Shown here piece by piece: positions 1 to 11,200 of a stretch of 23,644 nucleotides of DNA. The notes beneath the pieces were generated by a model. It was not told where the DNA came from. It did no database searches and saw nothing but the letters and a program-made list of their open reading frames with translations. The stretch's first letter is position 1. Each line of letters begins with the position of its first letter. Origin of the DNA: Chiloscyllium plagiosum (taxonomy: Eukaryota); contig NC_057711.1 in NCBI RefSeq assembly GCF_004010195.1, positions 82,579,590 through 82,603,233 on the forward strand, given 5' to 3'. A program made the position numbers and the translations under genes.

Positions 1-38
1 GCCAGACCAGCTGAGATTTTCCAGCATTTTCTCTTTTG
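1..38 (+). mobile_element. 3' end of a Penelope-like terminal repeat, cut by the window edge
   Basis: gccagaccagctgagattttccagcattttctctttt resembles the reverse complement of about 845-880 and the sequence at 14144-14180. Confidence 0.6.
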
Positions 39-903
39 GGATGAAAACTTAAGTTTTTAAAAATATTTTGACATTCTTAACAAACTAGAGAGGTCACTGA
101 AATGAATGATGTAAACTGCGATTCTGATTATGTGTATACCAAAGAAAGAGACACTCTTATTTGACATAACTCTTTGATGTCAACGTGTATTCACAGATAA
201 TTACCAGACTTTTATGAAAACCAATAGCCATTAAATTTAAAAAGAATAGTCATAAGCATTTATTTTCTGTTAATCATGTAGATCAATGTTGGACTCAAAT
301 TTGAATTGTTTCTGATTTCATCTTTGTATCGTGCTGCCAATTTAAATTGCCAACTAATAACTGAATGTTGTATTATTTTTGTTGTACCGTTGCTGAACAT
401 GGTAGGAATAGATATTATTATTGTTATGAATAGCCAGTTATCTTTACACCATCAGGAGCCATAAAATGTCCACCATTCTCGAACTGATGGTGCACGGCAT
501 CCGTGGTGAATCACTGCAACATAATAGAACTGTGTAGCAGTGATGCAAATGGGTGAATAAAAAGCCTTTTTAAAAAAATATCTAATGTGCTAAAGAATCA
601 ATATGTGGAAAAGTAATATTTTGTAAATCTGTCCGTTTATTGGTGTACTATTTATTTTAACATTTTAAAATTAAAGGGTTCTAGATGGATGTTTTCTTAA
701 AGAAGGAATGTTTTCCTGTAGCCTCCAGAAATAACATAATGTGCATAAAATTCAGTTGTCTCAAATTATTCAACATGCCTGTCTCTTCAAAACTGAGGTA
801 AGGTGAAAACCGAAAGAACGGTGGATGCTGTAAATCAGAAGCAAAAACCAAAATTGCTGGAAAAGCTAAACAGGTCTAGCAACATCTGTAGAGAGAAATC
901 AGT

Positions 904-940
904 GTTAACATTTTGGGTCAAGTGACCCTTCCTCAGAACT
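904..940 (-). ncRNA. Degenerate minimal hammerhead-ribozyme motif (PLE family A)
   Basis: Reverse complement reads aguu-CUGAGGA-A-GGGUC-ACUU-GACCC-aAAA-UGUU-aaca. G12 is mutated to A; stem II has 5 bp. Confidence 0.55.
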
Positions 941-1175
941 GATGTAGCTAGGAAAATGTTGGTCTTTAGTCAGTAGATAGCAGGAGGGGGGGCGGGGGGA
1001 AGAATGGTACGGAGTTAACGATATGTGGGGCTAGAACCCGAAGAGACAGAAGAACAGTTAGTTAGACAGACAAAGGAGTGGATAATGATCCATTTAGGAG
1101 GGTGAATGGCTATTAATGGGGACTGTTCATGGTTAACAATGGGTTGTGTGAAATAGCAGACTATGTGATAACAAG

Positions 1176-2339
1176 AGTTGAGAAGTGTGGCTCTGGAAAA
1201 GCACAGCAGGTCAGGCAGCATCCAAGGAGCAGGAGCGTTGGGCATTAACCCTTCATCATGGATAGAAGCTTGGCTGTCTGGCAGAAAGAAGACAGTGGGG
1301 ATAAAAGGGTCTTTCTCAGGATGGCAGCCAGTGACACGTAGTGTGCCGCAAGGCTCGGTGTTGGGACCACAGTTTTTCACAATACATTAATAATTTAGAT
1401 GAAAGAACTGAGGGCATTCTGGCTAAGGTAGCATTGAGGAGGTGGGAGACTGCAGAAGGATTTGGACAAGTTAGGAGAGTGGGCAAAGAAGTGGCAGGAG
1501 CAGTAAAACATGGGAACGTGGGAGATCATGCATTTTAGTAGCAAGAATAGATGCATGGATTGTTTTCTAAATGGGGAGAAAATTTAGAAGTCTGAAGTAC
1601 AAAGAGACTTGGGAGTTCTATTACAGGATTCCCTCAAGGTAAACTTGCAGGTTGAGTCAGTAGTTCGGAAGGCAAATGCAACAATGGCATTTATTTTGAA
1701 AGGACTTGAATGTAAAAGTAGGGATGTACTTCTGAGGCTCCAGAAGGCTCTGGTAAGACAACATTTGGAGTATTATGCACAGTGTTGGGCCCTGTTTCTC
1801 AGGAAGGATGTACTGGCCCTGGAGTGTGTTCAGAGGAGGTTCACGAGAATGGTCCCAGGAATGAAAAGCTTGACATGAGAAACATTTGAAGACTCTGGGT
1901 TTATACTGAATGGAGTTTAGAAGGATGAGGGGGGATCTAATTGAAACATATAGAATACTGAATGGCCTGGACAGAGTAGATGTTGGGAAGATGTTTCCAT
2001 TGGTAAGGGAGACTAGGACCCGAGGGCTTCGCCTAACAGTAAAGGGAAGACCTTTTAGAACTGAGATAAGGAGAAACTTCTTCAGCTCGATATTGACCAA
2101 TGTATGGATTTCGTTATCACAGAAGGCTGCGCAGGCCAGGTCATTGAGTATATTTATGATGGAGATTAGTTCTTGAGTATCAAGGGTTTAGGAGAGAAAG
2201 TGGGAGAATGGGATTGAGAAACATATCAGCCATGATTGAATGGTGGAGCAGACTCGATGTGCTGAATGGTCTAATATCTGCTCCTATGTCTTAAGGTCTT
2301 ATGATCTTAGCATCCAGCATCTGCAGTCCTCACTTTCTT
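1176..2339. mobile_element. Short PLE terminal-repeat insertion (family B) with inverted end, later split by a CR1 LINE
   Basis: TSD ctatgtgataacaag (1161-1175) / ctatgtgatcgcaag (2340-2354), 13/15 match. Minus-oriented piece at 1176-1258 and plus-oriented end tccagcatctgcagtcctcactttct at 2313-2338. Confidence 0.75.
1259..2309 (+). mobile_element. 5'-truncated CR1-clade LINE (RT C-terminus and 3' UTR)
   Basis: WIEAWLSGRK...VPQGSVLGPQFF, LEYYAQCWA...LECVQRRFTRMVPGM, RRMRGDLIETYRIL. Tail of tctta-type repeats at about 2289-2309. Frameshifts and stops present. Confidence 0.93.
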
Positions 2340-3249
2340 CTATGTGATCGCAAGGCCTAGTGTGTGGGGATTTGGGTAAGGTTGGTTAAGAATCTGGGTG
2401 AGCTGAATCCCTGAGGTGGTTGAACTCCATATTGAGTCCAGAAGGTTGCAGGGTGCTCAAGTGGAAAAAGAGATGCTTGCTATTTCAGCTTGCGTTGGGC
2501 TTCACTGGAGCACTACAGCAAGCTTGAAACAGATGTTGGCCAAGGAACAAGGTGGTGTGTTGAAGTAGCAGGCAATTAGAAGCTCAGAGTCTTTTTTGGA
2601 GACAGAACCTAGGTATTTTGCGAAGCAGTCACCCAGTTTACACTACTTTTCCCCAATATAGAGGAGTCCACATTGTGAGCAGCGAATGAAGTAGACTAGA
2701 TTGTGTTAAGTGCAGGTAAAGCACTGCTTCCTCTGGAAGGTGTGTTGCAGGAGAAGGCAATGTTAAACTTTGGGGGTTTTTGCAAATGAATGAAGCATGG
2801 ATCAGGGTGTGCCAGAGAGAATGGTATCAGTGGAAGGCTGACGAGGGACGGGAGAGGAATGTGTGTTTGGTGGTGGCATCTCACTGGAGGAGCAGAAACG
2901 GTGGCTAATGAGCCTCTGGATGTGGGTGCTGGTAGATAAGGACATGAGGGATCCTATTACTGTTGTGGGAAGGAAGAGAGGGGGTGACATCCGAATTGCA
3001 AGGAGATGCGTTGGATCCAGCTCAGCGCCCTGTCATCAATGGTGCTTGGGACTCCTCGTTTAAAGAAGAATGTGGATATTTCGGAGGGTCCCTCGTCGAA
3101 GTTGCATCATCAGAATATTTGCTATGGTGATGAAGGAATTGGGAGAATAGAATAAAATCTTTACAGGAAGCAGGGTATGAGGATGTATAGTCAAGGTTAA
3201 CTGTGGGTGTCAGTATTAGTACCAAGTCCGTCCCCAGGAATTTCCCATA

Positions 3250-3549
3250 AAATTCCTACAGTCTGGAAACAGGCCATTTGGCTCAACAAATCCACACTGA
3301 CTCTCCAAAAAACATCTCACTCAGATCCTATCCCTATAACCCTCCTTTTCCCATGGCTAGTCCACCTAGCCTGCAATAACTAGACACTATGGGCAATTTA
3401 GCATGACCAATCCATCTAACTTGCACATCTTTGGACTGTGGGAAAAAACCCACACAGACACAGGGACTCCCTGCAGGCAGTCACCCGAGGGTGGAATTGA
3501 ATCGGGGTCCCTGGCGCTGTGAGGCAGCAGTGCTGACCACTGTGCCACC
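3250..3549 (-). mobile_element. HE1 (V-SINE) tRNA-derived SINE inserted in the PLE
   Basis: Reverse complement begins gtggcacagtggtcagcactgctgcctcacagcgccagggacccc; similar to the copy at 17684-18017. Confidence 0.9.
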
Positions 3550-3977
3550 CATGGAGTGGAAACAGAGATGTCTAGGAAGGGAAGGGAGGAGTCAGAGATG
3601 GACGTGGTGAGAGTGAGGACGAAGTGGAAATTGGAAGCAAAATTGATAAGCTTTTCCAATTCTGGATGAGAGAGAGAAGCAGTATTGATGATCTCATCAA
3701 TATAACAGCAAAAGAATTAAGAAAAGGAGTGGAAAAAGAATGTTCCATGTGCCCCACAAAGACAGGCATAATTGGCACACCTGGTGAGGTGAGGTAAAGT
3801 TGGTTTACACTAAAAAAAGAGGATTTTATGCAGGTTGGCAGCAATGTAAACTGTATCTTCTCTATTGCTCTTCATATGAAATAATCAGTGCAATGCTGAT
3901 ACATATATGGGATATTTCCTTGTTTTGCTACTTCTTTCATTACTTCCAAAAACACAGAATTTTAAAAATATAAGAAA

Positions 3978-4270
3978 TAGATTAGATTCCGTACAGTGTG
4001 GAAACAGGACCTTCAGCCCAACCAGTCCACTCCGACCCTCTGAAGAGTAACCCAGCCAGACTCATTTGCCCTCTGACTAATGCACCTAACACTATGGGCA
4101 ATTTAGCATCGCCAATTCACCTGGCCTGTATATCTTTGGACTGGGGGAGGAAACCCACGCAGACACGGGGAGAACATGCAAACTCCACACAGTCACCTGA
4201 GGTTGGAATCGAACCTGGGACCCTGGTGCTGTGAGGCAGCAGTGCTAACCACTGAGCCACCGTACCACCC
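3978..4270 (-). mobile_element. HE1 SINE
   Basis: tagattagattcc tail on the left; tRNA-like head on the right (reverse complement ggtggctcagtggttagcactgctgcctcacagc...ggttcgattcc); possible short TSD aaatag/aactag. Confidence 0.92.
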
Positions 4271-4435
4271 AACTAGGAGTTGGAGGAGATCATTTGGCCC
4301 TTGAGCCTGTTCTACCATTCAGTACAAACATATCTAATTTTCTACCTTAACTCCAGTTTGTGCCGGATCCCATTCCTTTCATATCCTGACGGATCAAAAT
4401 CCTTAATTTAAATCTTGACCATACTAATTAGAGTC

Positions 4436-4697
4436 GAAAATGTGTTGCTGGAAAAGCGCAGCAGGTCAGGCAGCATCCAAGGAACAGACGAATCGACGTT
4501 TCGGGCATAAGCCCTTCTTCAGGAATGAGGAAAGTGTGTCCAGCAGGCTAAGATAAAAGGTAGGGAGGAGGGACTTGGGGGAGGGGCATTGGAAATGTGA
4601 TAGGTGGAAGGAGGTCAAGGTGAGGTGATAGGCTGGAGTGGGGTGGGGGCGGAGCTGTCAGGAAGAAGATTGCAGGTTAGAAAGGTGGTGCTGAGTT
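4436..4697 (-). mobile_element. Young PLE family B 3' fragment, the first part of a TSD-flanked composite insertion at 4436-5111
   Basis: Near-identical to 19085-19173. TSD accatactaattagagtc at 4418-4435 and 5112-5129. Confidence 0.88.
4490..4527 (-). ncRNA. Minimal hammerhead-ribozyme motif with intact core
   Basis: Reverse complement reads cauuc-CUGAAGA-A-GGGC-UUAU-GCCC-GAA-ACGU-C-gauuc: CUGANGA and GAAA boxes, stem II, palindromic ACGU stem III, GUC site. Confidence 0.7.
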
Positions 4698-6180
4698 ATT
4701 AGAGTGAGGACGAAGTGGAAATTGGAAGCAAAATCGATAAGCTTTTCCAATTCTGAATGAGAGAGGGAAGCAGCATTGATGATCTCATCAATATAACAGC
4801 AAAAGAATTAAGAAAAGGAGTGGAAAAAGAATGTTCCATGTGCCCCACAAAGACAGGCATAATTGGCACACCTGGTGAGGTGAGGTAAAGTTGGTTTACA
4901 CTAAAAGAAGAGGATTTTATGCAGGTTGGCTGCAATGTAAACTGTATCTTCTCTATTGCTCTTCATATGAAATAATCAGTGCAATGCTGATACATATATG
5001 GGATATTTCCTTGTTTTGCTACTTCTTTCATTACTTCCAAAAACACAGAATTTTAAAAATATAAGAAATAGATTAGATTCCGTACAGTGTGGAAACAGGA
5101 CCTTCAGCCCAACCATACTAATTAGAGTCTTAGAGATGTGCAGCACGGAAACAGACCCTTCGGTTCAACTCGTCCATGCCAACCAGCTATCCTAGCCTAA
5201 TCTAGTCCCATTTGTGTATCCCTTTTAAACCTTTCCTATTCATATACCCATCCAGAGGCCTTTTAAATGCTGTAGTTGCTGTGCCTCCACTACTTCCTCT
5301 GGTAGCTCATTCCATACATGCACCACCCTCTGCGTGAAAAAATTGCCCCTCAGATCCCTTTTATATCTTTCCGCTGTAACCCTAAACCTATGCACTCTAG
5401 TTCTGGACTCCCCCCCACCCCCCCAGGGAAAAGACCTTATCTATTTATCCTATCCATGCCCTCATGATTTCATAAACTTCTATAAGGTCACCCCTTAGCC
5501 TCTGAGGCTGTTTTCCCTGCAACGTCAGTTTATTCAGCCTCTTCCTATAGCTCAAATCCTCCAACCCTGGCAATATCCTTGTAAATCTTTTCTGAACCCT
5601 TTCAAGTTTCACAGTATCCTTCTGAAAGGAAGAAGACCAGAACTGCACACAATATTCCAACAGTGGCCAACCAATGTCCTACACAGCTGCAAAATGACCT
5701 CCCAACTCCTCTACTCAGTGGTCTGACCAATAAAGGAAAGCATACCAAATGCCTTCTATACCATCCTATCTACCTGCGACTCTACTTTTAAGGAAATATG
5801 AACCTGCAGTCCAAGGTCTTTTTGTTCAGCAACACTCCCCGGGAACTTACCATTAGGTATAAGTCTTGCTCTGATTTGCTTTTTCAAAATGCAGCACCTC
5901 TCATTTATCGAAATTAAAGTAATCTGCCACTCCTCAGTCCATTGGCCCATCTGATCAAGAGCCCATTGTACTCTGAGGTAACCTTCTTTGCTGTCCACTA
6001 CACCTCCAATTTTGATGTCATCTACAGACTTACTAATTATACTTCCTATGTTCACATCCAAATGATCCATATAAATGACAAAAGGTAATGGACCCAGCAC
6101 TGATCCTTGTGGCACACCACTGGTCACAGGCATCCAGTCTGAAAAGCAAACCTCTACCACCACCCTCTGTCTTCTACCTT

Positions 6181-6345
6181 CAACATTTCAACAAAAGACC
6201 TCATCAGAAATTCATTCCTGATGAAGGGCTTTTGACCAAAACTTTGGTATTCCTGCTCCTCGGATGCTGCATGACCTGCTGTGCTTTTGCAGCACCACTC
6301 TAATTGAGACTCTGATTTCCAGCATCAGCAGTCCTCACTTTTTGC
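6181..6345 (+). mobile_element. Short PLE family B insertion with a 5' fold-back and a decayed hammerhead motif (6214-6245)
   Basis: TSD cttctacctt (6171-6180) / cttctacatt (6346-6355). attcctgatgaagggcttttgaccaaaac is preceded by its decayed inverted copy at 6181-6210. Confidence 0.8.
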
Positions 6346-6886
6346 CTTCTACATTTGAGTCAGTTCTCTCCCTATGTTTCATGAGATCTAAACTTGCCAA
6401 CCAATCTACCTTGAGGAACTAGTTGAACGCCTTACTGAAGTCCATATAAATCACGTCTACCACTCTGCCTTCATCTATCCTCTTTGTTACTTCTTCAAAA
6501 AACTCAATCAAGTTCATGAGACATGACTTTCCACACACAGGTCTATGCTAATCAGTCCTTGCCTTTCCAAATACATGTAAATCTTGTCCCTCAGGATTCC
6601 CTCCCACAGGTTGCCCACCACCAATGTCAGGCTCACCGGTCTATAGTTCCCTGGCTTGTCCTTACCACCTTACTTAAATAGTGACTCACCTGTGACTATC
6701 GATGATCCAAATACCTCAGCAAAGAGCCCAGCAATCACTTTCCTAGATTCCCACTGAGTTCTAGGCTACACCTGATCAGGACCTGGGGATTTATCCACTT
6801 TTATATGTTTCAAGACATCCAGCACTACCTCCTTTGTAATATGGACCTTTTTCAAGATGTCACCATCTATTTCCCCACATTCTGTA

Positions 6887-7172
6887 CGACACGGTGGCTC
6901 AGTGGTTAGCACTGCTGCCTCACAGTACCAGGGTCCTGGGTTTGATTCCTGTCTGTTTGTGTGGAGTTTGCACATTCTCCCTGTGTCTGCATGGGTTTCC
7001 TCCGGGTGCTCCGGTTTCCTCCAAAGATGTGCAGGTCAGGTGAATTGGCCATGCTAAATTGCCCACAGTGTTAGGTGTGTAGTCAGGGGTAAGCATAGGG
7101 TAGGGGAATTGGAGGGGCGGTGTGGACATGTTGGGCTGAAGGGCCTGTTTTGACACTAGAGAATCTAATCTA
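6887..7172 (+). mobile_element. HE1 SINE inserted in the HER1 LINE
   Basis: Box A tggctcagtgg, box B-like ggtttgattcc, aatct-repeat tail. TSD attctgta (6879-6886) / attctata (7173-7180). Confidence 0.92.
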
Positions 7173-8231
7173 ATTCTATATCCTTCTCCACAGCAAAATA
7201 CTCATTTAGTATCTTCCCAATCTCCTGCGGCATCCATAACACTTTGTGATACACAATTTCCACAATTCACCGTGCTCTGAGGGAAGAAATTTCTCTTCAT
7301 CTCAGTCTTAAATAATTTACCTTTTATCTGAGGCTGTGCGTTCTAGCCAGGCAAAACAATGGGCAGAATACTTAGGGCAGCAAATGATGGAGAAATGGCG
7401 AAAATATGGTGAGGATGAAATAAATCACCAGAAATTAATTGTGTCAATTTTGGTGAGTTTCATGGAGGGTTTTTCTCTCTGAGTTCCTACAAGGTTTCTC
7501 ATGCTATTTTCCAAAATGTGACTCATTATCTGTGAAAGCGCATTTGTGCTGCCCCGCTTGTTACATCTTCCCTCTTGCCAGAAGTGGAAGTACTCATGAC
7601 TGCGAGTATTCCTAGTGCTGGTGCCGTTTTAAAGCCCAGCTTTGCACAAGATTGAGTGCTGCGAGCCAGGATTTGCCCTTCATTTTACAATTCATATGTA
7701 GGCAAACAAAAAATACTTCTCAGGACTCACAAGTGCCACTTCTCGCACTCATTGCAAATACAAGTGCACATTTATAAATTAATTGCTATTTAAGAACCAA
7801 CTTGCACAGATTACCTGTTTTTAAGCATTGTCCCATCTCAAAACCCTGTCTAAGGGAATACTATTCTTTCCCCAATGTCCAATGTTCTCACTCAGTTTAC
7901 GACTACTTAGATGCTCACAGCACCTCTGCCTTGCCTTGGCTTGCTTGGCCTTTTTGTGCTTTGCTGCTTCAGCTGGAGCTGAAAGGCTCACAGCACATCT
8001 GTTTTGCCTTGTTAGTTATCACAGACACAAAGCCATGCAACTTGTCATTGCTATGTCAATGTTATACCTGCACCATGTGCCCACAGTGTACATGGAAAAC
8101 ATAATCTTGTGCTTCATATAAATTGCTATGTCACAAAGTCTAAGTGATCTTCTCCTCAGTCAGGGCAAGGGGGGCAGCCTTCATTCAGCGATCCTGGCTC
8201 AATAAGTTAAGGGCCTCATCTGAAAGCAATC

Positions 8232-11200
8232 CATGTAGATAGGCCAACAAGAGGTGAGGCCACATTGGATTTGGTACTGGGTAATGAACCTGGTGTTAGA
8301 TTTGGAGGTAGGTGAGCACTTTGGTGATAATGACCACAATTCGGTTACATTTACTTCAGTGACGGAAAGGGATAGATATATCCTGCAGGGCAAGAATTAT
8401 AGCTGGGGGAAAGGCAATTATGATGTGATTAGGTGAGATTTAGAATGCATAGGATGGGAAAGGAAGCTGCAGGGGATGAGCCCAATTGAAATGTGGAGTT
8501 TATTTAAGATACAGCTACTAAGATACAGATACAGCTACATACTGTATGTATCAGTCAGGCAGGGAGTAAGTGGTCGAGCGAGGGAACCGTGGCTTACTAA
8601 AGAAGTTGAATCTCTTGTCAAGAGGAAAAAAGAGGCTTATGTAAAGATGAGCCACGAAGGCACAGTTGGAGCGCTTGAGAGTTACAAGTTAGCCAGGAAG
8701 GACCTAAAGAGAGAGCTAAGAAGAACCAGGAGGGGAAATGAGAAGTCTTTGGCAGGTATGATTCTTAAACTTTCTATAGGTATGTCAGGAATTTAAAAAA
8801 TGACTAGGATAAGATTAGGGCCAGTAGAAGGGAAGTTGTGCATGGAGTCCAAAGAGATAGAGGAGGCACGAAATGAATGTTTTTCATCAGTATTCATACA
8901 GGAAAAAGACAATGTTGTTGAGGAGAATACTGAGATACAGGCTATTAGACTAGATGGGATTGACTTTCATAAGGAGGAGGTGTTAGCAATTCTGGAAAGT
9001 GTGAAAATAGATAAGTCCCCTGGCTGGATGGGATTTATCCTAAGATTCTCTGGGAAGCTAGGGAGGAGATTTAGATCCTTTGGCTTTGATTTTTATGTCA
9101 TCATTGTCAACAGGAATAGTGCCAGAAGACTGGAGGATAGCAAATGTTGTCCCTTTGTTCAAGAAGTGGAGTAGACATCATCCTACTAATCATAGACCAG
9201 TGAACCGTACTTCTGTTATTGGCAATGTTTTAGAAAGGATTATGAGAGAGAGGATTTACAATCATCGAAAAAGGAATAATTTGATTAGGGATAGTCAACA
9301 CGGTTTTGTGAAGGATAGGTCGTGCCTCACAAACCTTATTGAGTTCTTTGAGAAGGTGACCAAACAGGTGGATGACGGTAAAGCAGTTTGATGTATTGTA
9401 CATGAATTTCAGTAAAGTGTTTGATAAGGTTCCTCATGGTAGGCTATTGCAGAAAATATGGATGCATGGGATTGAGGGTGATTTAGCGGTTTGGATCAGA
9501 AATTGGCTAGCTAGAAGAAGACAGAAGGTGGTAGATGATGGGAAATGTTCACCCTAAAGTTCAGTTACTAGTGGTGTACCGCAAGGATCTGTTTTTGGAC
9601 CACTGTTTGTCATTTTCATAAATATCCCGAATGAGGGCATAGAAGACTGGGTTAGTAAATTTGTGGATGACACTAAAGTCGGTGGAGTTGTGGACAGTGC
9701 AGAAGGATATTGCAGGTTATAGAGGGGCATAGATAACCTGCAGAGCTGGGATGAGGTGGCAAATGGAGTTTAATATGGAAAAGTGTGAAGTGATTCACTT
9801 TGGAAGGGGAAACAGGAATACATAGTACTGGGCTAATGGTAAGATTCTTGGGTGGTGTGGATGAGCAGAGAGATCTTGGTGTCCATATACATGGATCCCT
9901 GAAAGTTACCACCCAGGTTGATAAGGATGTTAAGGCATATCGCGTGTTAACTTTTATTGGTAGAGGGATTAAATTTTGAAACCATGAGGACATGTTGCAA
10001 CTCTGGTCATAGTCATAGAGTTGTACAGGATGGAAACACCCTTCCATGGATCCAATTCATCCATGCCGACCAGATATCCCAACCCAATCTAGTCCCATCT
10101 GCCAGCACCCGGCCCATATCCCTCCAAACCCTTCCTGTTCATATACCCATCCAAATGCCTCTTAAATGTTGCAATTGTACTAGCCTCCAACACATCCTCT
10201 GGCAGCTCATTCCATAAACTACCACTCTCTGAGTGAAAATGTTGCCCCATAGGTCTCTTTTTTATGTTTACCCTGTCACCCTAAACCTATGCCCTCTAGT
10301 TCTGGACTCCCCGACCCCAGGGAAAAGACTTTGTCTCTTTACCCTATCCATGCCCCTCATAGTTTTGTAAACCTCTATAAGGTCACCCCTCAGCCTCCGA
10401 TGCTCCAGGGAAAACAGCCCCAGCCTGTTCAGCCTCTCCCTATAGCTCAAATCCTCCAATCCTGGCAACGTCCTTGTAAATCTTTTCTGAACCCTATCAA
10501 GTTTCACAACATCTTTCCGATAGGAAGGAGACCAGAATTGCACGCAATATTCCAATGTCCTGAACAGCCGCAACATGACCTCCCAACTCCTGTACTCAAT
10601 ACTCTGACCAATAAAGGAAAGCATACCAAATGCCGTCTTCACTATCCTATCTACCTGCGACTTCACTTTCCAGGAGCTATGAACCTGCACTCCAAGGTCT
10701 CTTTGTTCATTCCCTAGGACCTTACCATGAAGTGTATAAGTCCTGCTAAGATTTGCTTTCCCAAAATGCAACACCTCACATTTATCTGAATTAAATTCCA
10801 TCTGCCACTTCTCAGCCCATTGGCCCATCTGGTCAAGATCCTGTTGTAATCTAAGGTAACCCTCTTCGCTGTCCACTGCACCTCCAATTTTGGTGTCATC
10901 TGCATGTGGCAGCACTTGGAGTATTGCATACAATTTTGGCCACTGCATTACTGGAAGGGTGTGGAAGCATTAGAAAGGGTGCGAGGAAATTTACTAAGAG
11001 GTTGCTGGTATGGAGAGAAGGTCATATGAGGAAAAGCTGAGGCACTTGAGGCTGTTTTCATTAGAGCGAAGAAGGTTAAGAGGAGACTTAATAGAGGCAT
11101 TCAAAACGATCAGAGGATTAGATAGTGACAGCCTTTTTCCTCAGGTGGTGATGGCTGGCACAAGGGAACATAGCTTTAAATTGAGGGGTGATAAGTATAG

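Larger units (their letters stand above)
805..3790 (-). mobile_element. Decayed Penelope-like retroelement (RT C-terminus, GIY-YIG endonuclease, 3' terminal repeat), interrupted at 1176-2339 and 3250-3549
   Basis: Minus-strand translations: CYIDEIINTASLSHPELEKLINFASNFH...LPFLDISVS (about 3560-3710, YIDD-like), LDYTSSYPASCKDFILFSQFL (about 3130-3200), NLVYFIRCSQCGLLYIGEK*CKLGDCFAKYL (about 2610-2702, GIY-YIG). Terminal repeat at 805-940. Confidence 0.9.
3610..5115 (+). repeat. Direct duplication of 415 bp (3610-4024 = 4701-5115)
   Basis: Manual alignment: constant offset of 1091, no indels, 6 substitutions. Confidence 0.97.
5121..7227 (-). mobile_element. HER1/CR1 LINE, 5'-truncated, interrupted at 6181-6345 and 6887-7172
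   Basis: [31 protein letters not shown]...LERVQKRFTRILPGL, LKHIKVDKSPGPD. Tail-side sequence agagtcttagag resembles agtcatagag at 10011-10020. Confidence 0.93.
3955..7350 (-). mobile_element. Old CR1 3' end, fragmented into about 3955-3980, 4271-4425 and 7228-7350 by nested insertions
   Basis: aagaaatag|gagttggaggagatcatttggcccttgagcctg... continues as ...ttccacaattcaccgtgctctgagggaagaaatttctcttcatctcagtc, the reverse complement of the CR1 RRNFFS region (compare 2060-2100). Confidence 0.65.

Noticed and set aside
4560..4660. G-rich tracts (also about 985-1000 and 13905-13930) as functional G-quadruplexes
   Set aside because: They are the antisense of the pyrimidine-rich PLE 3' UTR, explained by the repeat
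10268..10948. Longest ORF (226 aa) as a functional gene
   Set aside because: It is a chance fusion of 15 antisense codons from the host CR1 with a 5'-truncated HER1 RT C-terminus; the N-terminal RT motifs are missing
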